Positions 31,309 to 41,232 are shown, numbered from the stretch's first letter. The stretch is DNA of 64,000 nucleotides from Minisyncoccota bacterium (GCA_028690055.1 JAQVBZ010000002.1:29978-93977), one strand, 5' to 3'. The notes: a model not told the origin generated them from the sequence alone. Numbers and translations are program-made.

Positions 31309-32517
31309 ATGCAAAATAATAGAAAAAGTCTGGTTCTGATGGCGACCCTGCTCGTAATTTCTTTCGGGTTCGGTTTTAATTATGGACGTAACAGCCTGCC
31401 GTCGCAGGGTGGTGCGAAAGATATTTTCGGGCTGGTGAAGGGGGATAAATCGGTGGTTGAGGAAAATGCGGACTTCGGTGTATTTTGGGAAGCGTGGGAT
31501 TTGATAGAAAAAAACTATATTTTAGGACCGCTGAACCGGCAGAAGATGGTGTACGGGGCGGTTACCGGTATGGTGGATTCTTTGGGTGATCCGTATTCAA
31601 CTTTTTTGACACCCGAGGAGAATAGTGCCCTCAATGATGACCTGAAAGGTGTTTTTGGTGGCATCGGAGCCGAAGTGGGGTATCGAGAAGAGGCTATTAC
31701 CATTATTGCTCCGCTCAAAAACAGCCCTGCTGAGAAAGCCGGATTAATGGCGGGTGATCAGATCGTGGGGGTGGACAATAAAAGTACAGAGGGCTTGAAC
31801 GTGGACGAGGTGGTGGAGATGATTAGGGGGGAGAAAGGAGTTTCGGTAAAAATTGCCGTGGTGCGGGGAGAGGAAACGCTCACTTTCGATATTGTGCGCG
31901 ATACTATCGTGGATAAAACTGTGAGATGGGAAATGAAAGAAGGACAGGTGGCTTACATTGAAATCACGCAATTCAAACAAGATACGGCCACTGAACTGGA
32001 CGCACAGATAGGAGATATTCTGGCGCAGGATCCCAAGAGTGTCGCGCTGGATTTGCGCAACAATCCGGGAGGATATCTGAATGTGGTCGTGGACGTGGCC
32101 AGCAGATTTATCGATGAAGGGCAGATTGTCGTAACTGAGGAATCGGGGGAATCCAACCAGGTCTACAAAGCGAGTGGAGGCAAGAGATTTAGTAATCTGC
32201 CGATAGTAGTTCTTGTAAACGAAGGAAGCGCAAGTGCGGCTGAAATTTTGGCGGGCGCCTTGAAGGACCATCATCTGGGTACGTTGGTAGGAAAGCAGAC
32301 TTTCGGTAAAGGATTGGTGCAGGGTATTTCCGAATTGCAGGATGGCTCAGCTTTGAAGATCACAGTTGCTAAATGGTTGACTCCCGATGGCAATAATATC
32401 AATAAGGACGGTATCGCTCCGGATGTGGAGGTAGAATATACTATGGACGACTTTAAGGCGGGCAAGGATCCTCAGTTGGACAAGGCATTGGAGATATTGA
32501 GAGCGAATAACCAATAG
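31309..32517 (+). CDS. ctpA: C-terminal processing peptidase (S41, CtpA-like) with a PDZ domain
   Basis: Signal/TM; PDZ (SPAEKAGLMAGDQIVGVDNKS); S41 catalytic region (LVNEGSASAAEILAGALKD...GKGLVQ). Confidence 0.88.
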   Translation: MQNNRKSLVLMATLLVISFGFGFNYGRNSLPSQGGAKDIFGLVKGDKSVVEENADFGVFWEAWDLIEKNYILGPLNRQKMVYGAVTGMVDSLGDPYSTFLTPEENSALNDDLKGVFGGIGAEVGYREEAITIIAPLKNSPAEKAGLMAGDQIVGVDNKSTEGLNVDEVVEMIRGEKGVSVKIAVVRGEETLTFDIVRDTIVDKTVRWEMKEGQVAYIEITQFKQDTATELDAQIGDILAQDPKSVALDLRNNPGGYLNVVVDVASRFIDEGQIVVTEESGESNQVYKASGGKRFSNLPIVVLVNEGSASAAEILAGALKDHHLGTLVGKQTFGKGLVQGISELQDGSALKITVAKWLTPDGNNINKDGIAPDVEVEYTMDDFKAGKDPQLDKALEILRANNQ

Positions 32518-32658
32518 TTGAATATGACTATAGCTTGTATCTCCTTGTGTCTTGCGTTTTTGCTTCCTAGTATTGATTTCTTTCTGATATTGGTATAGAA
32601 TGTCTTATAGATACTGGAGGGGTAAGTATTTAGAGATTATTAAACTTAAAATAAACCT

Positions 32659-33102
32659 ATGAAGGTCATTCTTATTAAGGATGTACAAAATCTGGGGCAT
32701 ACTGGAGACGTAAAGGAAGTGAGCGGAGGATATGCCAAGAATTTTCTCATCCCCGGGGGCTACGCAAAAGTGGCTACCGAAAGTATCATCAAGAAAGCTG
32801 ATGAAATGAAAGCGCAGAAAGATAAAGAAAAAGAGACTGAACTCGAGAAAGCCAAAGAGGTCGTCGCAAAGATCCAAGGTCAGAGTGTCACTATCAAGGC
32901 CAAGGCTGACCCATCAAAGAAGCTATACGCCGCGGTAAAAGCCGAGGAGATCGCTGAAGCTCTAACGACAAAAGGTTTTGAAGTCGATAAAGATAGCGTA
33001 GTAATCGACGAACCGATCAAAGAACTGGGGGATTTTGAAGTCACTTTAAATTTAGAACATGGGCTTGAAGCAAGGATAGGAGTCACTGTCGAGGCAGAAT
33101 AA
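32659..33102 (+). CDS. rplI: 50S ribosomal protein L9
   Basis: MKVILIKDVQNLGHTGDVKEVSGGYAKNFLIPGGYA is the L9 N-domain signature. Confidence 0.93.
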   Translation: MKVILIKDVQNLGHTGDVKEVSGGYAKNFLIPGGYAKVATESIIKKADEMKAQKDKEKETELEKAKEVVAKIQGQSVTIKAKADPSKKLYAAVKAEEIAEALTTKGFEVDKDSVVIDEPIKELGDFEVTLNLEHGLEARIGVTVEAE

Positions 33103-33109
33103 CAAAATT

Positions 33110-33135
33110 GGGGATTTTATCCCCATTTTTTTATT
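33110..33135 (+). terminator. Rho-independent terminator after rplI
   Basis: GGGGAT-ttt-ATCCCC followed by TTTTTTTATT. Confidence 0.6.
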
Positions 33136-33225
33136 GGGCAGAAGTTTATCATTGCGAGGAGGTACTCCGCGGCAATCCCGAAACTATGCAGACAAAATAC
33201 ACTAAATTAACTAAGTCTGTGAAAT

Positions 33226-33335
33226 AATTATTTCACTTTTATTCCCCTTCACCCCGACCCTCTCCCGGTTGGAGAGGGAGAAATTCCAAATGCAGTGTGA
33301 CTGGATTGTAGAACAGCTTTAGTTAATTTGGTATC
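33226..33335 (+). repeat. Family-3 ~110-bp element (TTATTCCCCTTCACCCCGACCCTCTCCC-GGTT-GGAGAGGGAGAAATTCC...GATTGTAGAAC...TTAATTTGGTAT)
   Basis: Near-identical to 40310..40415 along the full length; lies upstream of pyrG. Confidence 0.65.
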
Positions 33336-33365
33336 AGTGTGTCAGACGTATCGTGGTTACGGGAT

Positions 33366-33407
33366 TCAGGATATTTCGCAGTAACGAAATTCTGGAATGA
33401 CAGGTAA
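33366..33407. repeat. Family-2 palindromic unit (GGGATTCAGGATATTTCGCAGTAACGAAATTCTGGAATGACAG)
   Basis: Carries compensatory stem substitutions relative to 7292..7334. Confidence 0.6.
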
Positions 33408-33494
33408 TGGAGAAGAATTGTCATGCTCCGTTTATCGCAATCGCTCGCAATTATATAGAAAATATTTAAATAAGCTAATAAAATAAAAAATCAT

Positions 33495-35141
33495 ATGGCG
33501 AAAACAAAGTTCATCTTTGTGACAGGAGGGGTAATGTCGGGTATCGGTAAGGGGGTTGCAACCTCCTCTATCGGCAAGATTCTGCAAAGTAAAGGCTACA
33601 GCGTGACTGCGATCAAGATTGATCCGTACATCAATGTCGATGCAGGCACGATGACGCCGACCGAGCATGGGGAAGTCTTCGTAACTGACGATGGATTGGA
33701 GACTGATCAGGATTTGGGGAATTACGAGCGCTTTTTGGACACGAACATTTTGTCGGGTAACTATATGACTACAGGACGGGTTTACCTTTCGGTTATCAAT
33801 CGCGAAAGAAATCTGGAATACGGGGGCAAGAACGTGGAAGTAGTGCCGGATATTCCCTTGGAGGTCATATCGCGCATCAAGAGGGCGGCCAAAACCACTA
33901 AAGCGGACTTTGTGTTGATCGAGATTGGCGGCACGGTGGGGGAATATCAGAATATTTTGTTTTTGGAGGCGGCTCGTATGCTCAAGACGGAAAATCCTGA
34001 AGATGTGTTGATTTTCTTGGTAAGTTATCTGCCGGTGCCTAATAAAATTGGAGAGATGAAGACCAAGCCGACACAGTACGCTGCTCGTTCGCTCAACTCG
34101 GTGGGAATCCAGCCTGATTTTATTTTGTGCCGTAGCGAACAGCCGGTGGATGAAGTCCGCAAGAATAAGATTGCGCTTTTTTGCAGTGTTCCCAAGAATC
34201 ACGTGATCGCTTCGCCGGATGTCGATTTTATTTATGAAATCCCGGTAAATTATGATGATGAGAGGCTGGGAGAAAAAATCTTATCTGCTCTCAAGCTGAA
34301 AGTAAAAACCAAGGATTTGAAAGATTGGAGGAAAGAAGTGGAGAGAATCCGTGGCATCGACAAAAAAATCAAAATCGGTATCGTGGGTAAATATTTTAAC
34401 TCTGGTAACTTCATGTTGGCAGATTCATATATTTCAGTTATCGAGTCAGTAAAGCAGGCAGCGTGGTCGAATGGTTATAAACCCGAAATCGAATGGATCA
34501 GCTCTGAAGATTTTGAAGAGGACCCGAAGAGTATTAAGAGACTCAAGCAGTTGGACGGGGTAATCATTCCAGGCGGTTTCGGTTCTCGTGGTATCGAAGG
34601 AAAAATCAGTACGGTCAAATTTTTGCGCGAGAACAATATTCCACTGCTCGGTATTTGTTACGGTATGCAGATCATCTGTATCGAGTTTGCGCGCAACGTT
34701 TGCGGACTCAAGGGTGCCAACACTACAGAGATAGATCAGGAAACTAAATATCCGGTAATAGATATCATGCCGGAGCAGAAGAAGAATCTCAAAGAAAAGA
34801 ATTATGGCGCTACGATGCGACTGGGTGCTTATCCTGCGCAATTGAAGACCGGTACTATCGCTTATAGCACTTATAAGACTGAAGCAATCTCCGAGCGCCA
34901 CAGGCACCGATGGGAAGTGAGCCCTGAATATATAGAAACCTTGGAGAGTAAAGGGCTTGTCTTCTCCGGTAAATCTCCTAATGGTAAATTGATGGAAATT
35001 GCGGAACTCAAGCAAAAAGATCATCCTTTCCTCTTAGGCACACAATTTCATCCTGAATTCAAGACCCGCTTTATGAAACCACATCCTATTTTCAACGCCT
35101 TTATGAAAGCGGCGGTCAAGGGGAAAGAGGGGAAGAAGTAG
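33495..35141 (+). CDS. pyrG: CTP synthase
   Basis: N-terminal synthetase domain (KFIFVTGGVMSGIGKG), C-terminal GATase (GICYGMQ; H-E catalytic region). 548 aa. Confidence 0.97.
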   Translation: MAKTKFIFVTGGVMSGIGKGVATSSIGKILQSKGYSVTAIKIDPYINVDAGTMTPTEHGEVFVTDDGLETDQDLGNYERFLDTNILSGNYMTTGRVYLSVINRERNLEYGGKNVEVVPDIPLEVISRIKRAAKTTKADFVLIEIGGTVGEYQNILFLEAARMLKTENPEDVLIFLVSYLPVPNKIGEMKTKPTQYAARSLNSVGIQPDFILCRSEQPVDEVRKNKIALFCSVPKNHVIASPDVDFIYEIPVNYDDERLGEKILSALKLKVKTKDLKDWRKEVERIRGIDKKIKIGIVGKYFNSGNFMLADSYISVIESVKQAAWSNGYKPEIEWISSEDFEEDPKSIKRLKQLDGVIIPGGFGSRGIEGKISTVKFLRENNIPLLGICYGMQIICIEFARNVCGLKGANTTEIDQETKYPVIDIMPEQKKNLKEKNYGATMRLGAYPAQLKTGTIAYSTYKTEAISERHRHRWEVSPEYIETLESKGLVFSGKSPNGKLMEIAELKQKDHPFLLGTQFHPEFKTRFMKPHPIFNAFMKAAVKGKEGKK

Positions 35142-35174
35142 TCACGGATGTGACGCATGGTGTGATTTTACGCA

Positions 35175-35280
35175 CGGAGTAGCAGACTTTAGTCTGCGCT
35201 GCTATCCTATGCGGATAGAACGTGCGATTGCGAAGGGTTTAGCGGTTTTGGATAAACGCGCAGGTTGAAACCTGCTGCTC
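35175..35280. repeat. REP/BIME-like inverted doublet (GGAGTAGC-CAGACTTTAGTCTG-GCGC ... GCGC-AGGTTGAAACCT-GCTGCTCC)
   Basis: Arms at 35175..35198 and 35257..35280. It overlaps the track's 35265 start of the next ORF, which argues for the later start at 35433. Confidence 0.7.
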
Positions 35281-35432
35281 CAAGATTTGAGATGTTTTTT
35301 AAGTTAGGGGAAAAATCACAAAATGTATCCATTCGATACCCAAGAGAAGAAGAGGTAAAATCGATAGCAGGACAAAATATATTTATGGTGACATTATCAT
35401 ATCAAGATAATAATTTAACGCTGAAGAAGAGA

Positions 35433-36263
35433 ATGAAAATTGAAATTGAGAAATTCAAGAACCTGAACAAGGATATCCGTAGTTTTCCTCTGACCGTACT
35501 CGGTGCCTGTCTTGTGTTGATAATAGCGGCCTTTTTCGGTTATATGATGCTTTTGTACGGTGATATGGATAAGCTCGGAACGCAGAATGATATTTCCGAG
35601 AAGTTCTACAATCAGCCAAAGGAGCCGGATGTGGCGGTAAAAGAAGATGCCGGTACCACTGAAGCTGTTGAAACGGTTCCTGATGATAAAACAACGCAAG
35701 AGGTGGTTGCGGCTAATGAAGTGGTGAAAATCCTAGCTAACGAAGATAGGACGGTCTTTGAGATTTGGAATCGCGGTGTAAAGGCAGGAGAGATAGAACA
35801 GGATTATCCGGCGCAAGTGAGCCTTTGGCGTGAAGTTAACGGCAATATCTATTTGGGAGTGAGCTATACGGGTCGAGGCGGATATATTTTGTTTGGTGGA
35901 CCTGACGAGGTTTATAAATTGGAAACTATTAAAAACTCTCTTAGTAAAGTATATGGCAGGGAAGATAAGAATGGATACGTATCGGACATTTCCTTGGATG
36001 AAGAACGATTGATAACCGTGAAGACGCCTGTTTCAGGCGCTTTATCTATCGTAGTATATGATATCGCTTCGCAAAGCATTCAACCATATCCAGTGCCTGC
36101 CCGATATAGTACTGCCGGTGAAGCTCGTTTTTCCCACGCGGGAGGGAAAATCTTATATGAAGCGGCGGTGGGAGACCCCAGTGCCGAGGAGTATGCGATG
36201 TTTATGATTGATCTTTCGACGGGGAAGCAGACTCAAGTAGGCAATCCTGAAATTATACGGTAG
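35433..36263 (+). CDS. Membrane-anchored hypothetical protein, paralog A of a tandem pair
   Basis: N-terminus MKIEIEKFKNLNKD with a TM helix, aligned to the paralog B N-terminus. Shared core TVFEIWNRGVKAGEIE...YLGVSYTGRGGYILFGGPDEVYKLET. The track start 35265 lies inside a REP doublet. Confidence 0.55.
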   Translation: MKIEIEKFKNLNKDIRSFPLTVLGACLVLIIAAFFGYMMLLYGDMDKLGTQNDISEKFYNQPKEPDVAVKEDAGTTEAVETVPDDKTTQEVVAANEVVKILANEDRTVFEIWNRGVKAGEIEQDYPAQVSLWREVNGNIYLGVSYTGRGGYILFGGPDEVYKLETIKNSLSKVYGREDKNGYVSDISLDEERLITVKTPVSGALSIVVYDIASQSIQPYPVPARYSTAGEARFSHAGGKILYEAAVGDPSAEEYAMFMIDLSTGKQTQVGNPEIIR

Positions 36264-36391
36264 GAGGAAGTTTATTGTTGATTTTTTATGATTCTGCGAT
36301 ATCTTTGGGCTCGGTCATTTCGACCGGGCCTTTTGTTTTGGAGCTATAGTGATATAATGGCCTTAAGCATAATCTATATGAGTCATCAAAA

Positions 36392-37249
36392 ATGAAAATC
36401 CATTACGAAAAATTTAAGGATCTGCCTAAAGATCTTATCGGCTTGCCGTCACTGATTGTTAAGGTTATTTTGGGTATGGCGCTGTTGCTGTTTTTGGGCT
36501 ATATTTTTTTGACGGGGGATAGTTTGCAGGATAAAAACGACGGGGCGGTAGATGAAAACATCGAAGTAAAGGACGATACTGTGGTTTCGGAAGGTGGGAG
36601 CGACGAGATACAGCAGGCGGCTATTTTAGGAGAGTCGGCCTTGTCGGAAACGAATATTATTTCGGGCGATATTAAGATTTCAAGCAATAAAGACCTGACA
36701 ATTTTTGAAATCTGGAACGGTGAAACTAAAGCGGGAGAAATTGAGAGAGAGGGTCCTTCACAGGTTGCGGTCTGGAAAGAAATAGGAGGCAGTGTATATT
36801 TGGGGGTAAATAACGACGGATTGGGCGGGTATATACTGTTTGGTGGACCCGATGAGGTTTATAAACTTGATACGAAAAAAGGTTCACTGACTAGGGCATT
36901 AACTAAGATATTCGACCGGGACATGTTTGCTTCGGATATTTCTGCGGATGAGAAACACCTAGCTTCTGTGGAGACTTTCTTTATGGGAGAGGAGATCCAT
37001 AATTATATCAATGTTTACAATTTGGCTGACTATAAATCTGAATCTTATCAGGTACCCGTCAAATATAGAGTTGCAGGCAACGCTTTCTTCTCTAGAGACG
37101 GCAAAAAAGTAGTGTATGAGGCGGCCGTGTCCGATCCTGAGAATGAGGAATTTGCGATGTTTGTGATTGATTTGACGACAGGAAAGCAAACACAAATCGG
37201 CGGGACCGATGTTTACGGTAAAGCTGAGGAATGGGCAAAGGATAATTAA
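36392..37249 (+). CDS. Membrane-anchored hypothetical protein, paralog B
   Basis: MKIHYEKFKDLPKD + TM; about 45-50% identity to paralog A across the C-terminal 200 aa, including the FAMFVIDLTTGKQTQIG motif. Confidence 0.6.
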   Translation: MKIHYEKFKDLPKDLIGLPSLIVKVILGMALLLFLGYIFLTGDSLQDKNDGAVDENIEVKDDTVVSEGGSDEIQQAAILGESALSETNIISGDIKISSNKDLTIFEIWNGETKAGEIEREGPSQVAVWKEIGGSVYLGVNNDGLGGYILFGGPDEVYKLDTKKGSLTRALTKIFDRDMFASDISADEKHLASVETFFMGEEIHNYINVYNLADYKSESYQVPVKYRVAGNAFFSRDGKKVVYEAAVSDPENEEFAMFVIDLTTGKQTQIGGTDVYGKAEEWAKDN

Positions 37250-37676
37250 TGTTTTTCGCAACCTAGGAGCCTATCTTATTTTTTGTACTTATTATCATAG
37301 AAATTTCCCCTTTTTTCTTGTCAAAGCGATGATATCGTGCTAGTTTGTAAATATGTTTGATAAAGATGAAGCAAAAACAGAAGCGACAGGAATAGGAGAA
37401 AAATGGCCGAAGGGAGGTTATTCTCCGAGAAACTCATTGTCTGAGTCTGGTTAGCCCATTATAAAAGAATTAGGAGGATCGATTTATTATTGCGGCATAA
37501 TATGTATTGCATATATTCTAGGGCTTACGATGTTGATTCTGGGAGTTATTATTTCCTGTTGTTTTAGAAAAAAAGATATCTATTAAAATTTTTTTAAGAT
37601 TATCGTCGCAGACTTTTAAAGTATTTGCTGTTAATAGGATAAACTTCTTAACAGCTTTTTTATTTGATAATAAGGT

Positions 37677-38213
37677 TTGAATGTGCTATCTTTCTTAAAG
37701 CAGAATAAAAATATAAAGGAGGTAGATAAAATAACAGAGGAAATATTTTCTATTCCAGTTTCTTTGAAGATAGAGTTAAAAAAAGTTCGAGAGATTTGCG
37801 ACTCATTGGCGCTGGCAGAAGCTAGAGTTAGGGAGTTAATCGCTTCGATATACGAAAAAACGCAAAGGTTTAACGAAACAAGCGGATGCTTGTTTGTGGA
37901 TACTGAACAGATGATTCCTGACTGGAATCCTCACTGTACCTTCGGTAGCTTGGATGAAACGGTGCACTTTCTGGTGAGGAGGGTAGGAAGGCGTGAAGGC
38001 GTTGTCGGGGAAGCGGAACTCGAGAAAATGAGGTGCGACCTGCAGGAATTTCTGATGAAAGCGTTTGATGGTGAGGAGACACAGATAGAAGTGGAATTTA
38101 CTCGGGATTGTCTCGGGTACGAACCAAAAAAATATGGACATAAGAAAAAAGAAACGGCCGAGAGCGATTCGTGCTCTGCAATTCTGTTTTCAATAGAGAA
38201 TCAGATCAGCTGA
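37677..38213 (+). CDS. Hypothetical protein, 178 aa
   Basis: ORF from the track. No recognisable domain. Confidence 0.4.
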   Translation: MNVLSFLKQNKNIKEVDKITEEIFSIPVSLKIELKKVREICDSLALAEARVRELIASIYEKTQRFNETSGCLFVDTEQMIPDWNPHCTFGSLDETVHFLVRRVGRREGVVGEAELEKMRCDLQEFLMKAFDGEETQIEVEFTRDCLGYEPKKYGHKKKETAESDSCSAILFSIENQIS

Positions 38214-38342
38214 TTCTTTTTTATTACAATCAAAACCAACCCCGATTCTGCCGATGTGTGAGTTTAGAGCGATAGCTTCCTTATAAGGATAACACTATGA
38301 TCGCCTGATCATTATTCCCTTGCATCTACATAATCCCAAAAC

Positions 38343-38431
38343 CGTGTCATCCTGAACTTGTTTCAGGATCTTTGTCCTATTAAGCATTAACGATATACAA
38401 TGAAGATTCCGGATTAAGTCCAGAATGACAT
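38343..38431. repeat. Family-2 MITE-like element; the left TIR GTGTCATCCTGAACTTGTTTCAGGATC is identical to the TIRs of the tandem elements at 51748..52172
   Basis: Left hairpin ATCCTGAA-cttgt-TTCAGGAT; right end CCAGAATGACAT. Confidence 0.6.
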
Positions 38432-38585
38432 ATAGAGAAAGCAATATACCATGAAAAACAGATATGAAATTACAGTAAGCATTAAAATACGTATTAAATA
38501 GATTTGAATCAATAGAGCCTGTCAAAGTAATGTGTCCAACCCGCCAAACCGATACCCTTGGCGATTAAGCCGGAGGTATAGTCAT

Positions 38586-38618
38586 TAAAAAAAACAGGCC
38601 CTTTCGAGCCTGTCTTTT
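38586..38618 (-). terminator. Bidirectional rho-independent terminator downstream of rpmA
   Basis: A-run / ACAGGC-cctttcga-GCCTGT / TTTT. Confidence 0.65.
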
Positions 38619-38638
38619 GAAACTTAGACCAAAAAATA

Positions 38639-38953
38639 TTATTTGGTAGTTTTCTTTTCCGGATGGGTGGGAATGTGGTCTTTGACGACGCTGACAAATT
38701 GTACTCTCTTCTTTCTTCCGTCGAAATTAGTAATCTGTTTCTCTGAGAATTTTACAAAACCTTCTGAGATTGAGAAAATTGTGCGGTCTTTACCTTCTTT
38801 TACGCCTGTGCCGGGTCGGAATTTGTTGCCGATCTGCTTGATGATGATGCCTCCGTCTTTGACGAACTGATTACCAAAAACTTTGACACCGAGATATTTC
38901 GGCTTGCTGTCTTTTAGGTTGGACGCTGTTCCACCAGCTTTCTTATGTGACAT
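38639..38953 (-). CDS. rpmA: 50S ribosomal protein L27
   Basis: MSHKKAGGTASNLKDSKPKYLGVKVFGNQFVKDGGIIIKQIGNKFRPG matches the L27 signature. 104 aa with a C-terminal extension. Confidence 0.93.
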   Translation of the reverse strand: MSHKKAGGTASNLKDSKPKYLGVKVFGNQFVKDGGIIIKQIGNKFRPGTGVKEGKDRTIFSISEGFVKFSEKQITNFDGRKKRVQFVSVVKDHIPTHPEKKTTK

Positions 38954-38968
38954 GGTATTTGTACTTAA

Positions 38969-40222
38969 CTATTTATTATTCTTTAAAACTATTATTTCAC
39001 GAGCTACTTTCTGCTCAGGTCGGGAATAAATGATGGTATTCCTCTTGGTGATCCGAGTGTCTGCGCTCTCAAATTGCTTATCAAGTGGACACACCCTAGA
39101 ATAACCTAATTTTTCCCAACTGTCAATGAATTCTCCAAAAACGTACTCCTTGAGTTTGAGCTGATAAGCGGGGAGAGTAATCACGATTCTGCCGCCATTT
39201 TTGAGGATCGGTTTGACGTTCTGCAGGAAGCTGGTATAGAGTTTTTTCAAAGTGGAATAGTTTTCTTTGATTTCGACATTGTTAGGCATTTTTTTATAGA
39301 CCGGGCCCAAGGTCGACTCAGTGACAATGGCGTCGATAGAGTCTGGTTTGAATCTTTTGATCGCTTCGTTGTAGCTAGCTTGGAATATTTTATATTCGCC
39401 GTAAGTCAGGACATATTGTTTAGAGAGCCACTCGAGATTTTCTTTGCATTTCTCGATTTGCCTGTCGTTGGCATCTGAGCCGACGACGCGATAATCATCA
39501 AGGAGTGCTTCTTGGAGAATCGTACCGGTACCACAGAAGGGGTCGAAAATGGTCTGTCCTTCTTTGACCTGCGCCAGGTTGACCATCACCTGCGCCAGTT
39601 TGGGTGGCATCATACCGATTTTGGCGTCCTTTCCCGGTTTGTCATAGTCGCGTGCTCCGTAGCTTTCGATATCCTGCACAATAAGGGTTCGGCCCAGTAT
39701 GATTTTCTTGCCGTCGTAGATGATATCGAATTCGATACCCTTGTTGGTGTAAGTGAGCTTGTTGTTAAAAATGGTTGCAGTGGAAAGGGTGCTCTCTCGC
39801 GGGAGGGGGTAGACGATGCGTATGGAAAAATCTTTGAGCTCTTCCCGTTTGATTTTGGAGAAAGCGTCCAGAAAGAATGCCTGTGCGTCTTCTTCTTTAT
39901 TTTTTTCCGTTTGTTTGGTAAAATAAACGCTATAACCGACACTTTTCTTTCCTGATTTTTCTTCCAGAGATTTTCTGATATAAGACACGATTTCTTCGCG
40001 CACTTTGTCTTCGGTGCAATCTTTCAGCGCCTCGGCTATTTTGAGCGTTCCTCCCATCTGTACGAAGAGATTGCGTACGTCCAGCGGCTCTTTCATGTCC
40101 AAGATGAGGAATTTAGGGTCGAGAAGAACGACGCTGTAATCGACCTTGTATTTTTCCAGCATAGCCTGAATCTCACTGAGCGACATGGAAGGGGTCCGTC
40201 CCAAGAAAAAAATGTATTGCAT
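38969..40222 (-). CDS. THUMP-domain SAM-dependent RNA methyltransferase (UPF0020 / Trm14-RlmL-like)
   Basis: Motif I FDPFCGTGTILQEA and an N-terminal THUMP-like region. Cotranscribed with rpmA. 417 aa. Confidence 0.7.
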   Translation of the reverse strand: MQYIFFLGRTPSMSLSEIQAMLEKYKVDYSVVLLDPKFLILDMKEPLDVRNLFVQMGGTLKIAEALKDCTEDKVREEIVSYIRKSLEEKSGKKSVGYSVYFTKQTEKNKEEDAQAFFLDAFSKIKREELKDFSIRIVYPLPRESTLSTATIFNNKLTYTNKGIEFDIIYDGKKIILGRTLIVQDIESYGARDYDKPGKDAKIGMMPPKLAQVMVNLAQVKEGQTIFDPFCGTGTILQEALLDDYRVVGSDANDRQIEKCKENLEWLSKQYVLTYGEYKIFQASYNEAIKRFKPDSIDAIVTESTLGPVYKKMPNNVEIKENYSTLKKLYTSFLQNVKPILKNGGRIVITLPAYQLKLKEYVFGEFIDSWEKLGYSRVCPLDKQFESADTRITKRNTIIYSRPEQKVAREIIVLKNNK

Positions 40223-40309
40223 ATTTTTTAAAAAATTGATTTATAGATAAATTATAACAGATTAGCCGGAGTTGTGATACGACGCCGAATTAACTTAATC
40301 TGTGACATG

Positions 40310-40415
40310 ATGATTTTACTTTTATTCCCCCTCACCCCGACCCTCTCCCGATGGGAGAGGGGGAAATTTCATACTGTACGATTGGATTGTAGAATAAATT
40401 AATTTAATTTGGCAT
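40310..40415 (+). repeat. Family-3 ~110-bp element (TTATTCCCCCTCACCCCGACCCTCTCCC-GATG-GGAGAGGGGGAAATTTC...GATTGTAGAAT...TTAATTTGGCAT)
   Basis: Best-preserved copy; see 33226. Confidence 0.65.
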
Positions 40416-40648
40416 GATTTGTATTTTTAGGGTTTACTCATTTTTAATCAAAATCCTTCGATAACGTTTCCTCTTCTACCGGGAGAGTGGCAGGGCCCGC
40501 CCTTGATCCTCGATCAGGTCGAGGACAGGCTCTGATCGGGGGGGGGCAAGGGGTAATAAAAATTCAAAATGGCGCAAATTTTAAATTGAATCAGAAATAA
40601 ATCAGTCTTAAAATTAAGATAATATTTAAATCCGATAAAAATAAAAAT

Positions 40649-41095
40649 ATGTCGGCAGATGAAATCATTGACAAGTATCAGGTAAAAATCAAGATACTGT
40701 CCGTTTGCGTTTTGATTTTTTCTCTGGGCTTTGCCTGCGGTTATTATTATCTCAGTGAGAATAAAAGCGGAGCCGAAGTTGCCATAGAGGATAAAAGCGC
40801 GGACTGTTCAGCTCTTTTTGAAAGAAACGCCCGGGTAGCTGTCGTTAGTACTGTCACCGCTTCGAATTCTCAAAATGAAACGGCACAAGACTCGGCAGGT
40901 ATGGTTCTTTCCGAAACTATCTCCGGTGCAGAGGTAGTCGAGCATCAATTCGCGGCAAGTAAAAACAGTACTCTTTATCATACCCGAAATTGCCAATATG
41001 TCAAACGTATCAAGCCGGAAAATCTGGTATGGTTCAATTCGGCCGCGGAGGCAGAGGCAGCAGGCAAGACGGCGCATAGTTGTGTTGATGAGTGA
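40649..41095 (+). CDS. Hypothetical exported or membrane-anchored protein with an Ada-like metal-binding motif at the C-terminus
   Basis: N-terminal TM. C-terminal HTRNCQYVKRIKPENLVWFNSAAEAEAAGKTAHSC resembles the Ada_Zn_binding fold (C...ENxxFFxSxxEAxxAGFRPC). Confidence 0.45.
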   Translation: MSADEIIDKYQVKIKILSVCVLIFSLGFACGYYYLSENKSGAEVAIEDKSADCSALFERNARVAVVSTVTASNSQNETAQDSAGMVLSETISGAEVVEHQFAASKNSTLYHTRNCQYVKRIKPENLVWFNSAAEAEAAGKTAHSCVDE

Positions 41096-41232
41096 TTTTG
41101 ACTTTAAAGTTTGTTGGTGTTAGACTTTAGATAAGAAAAAGCACCTTGAAAAAGAGCGTAGGAAAAGATTCCTGGGCTCTTTTCGTACATTGAAAAATTA
41201 TCCCTTCACAGAAACAAAGGGGTGCGTGAAAT

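Noticed and set aside
35265-35432. Upstream extension of paralog A (track start 35265)
   Set aside because: The extension overlaps the right arm of a REP doublet (35257..35280) and has no counterpart in paralog B. The ATG at 35433 aligns with the paralog B N-terminus.
37440-37580. Tiny hydrophobic peptide ORF (MLILGVIISCCFRKKDIY) downstream of an AGGAGG
   Set aside because: 17 codons, and the spacing to the SD is too long for the ATG considered; no conservation evidence.
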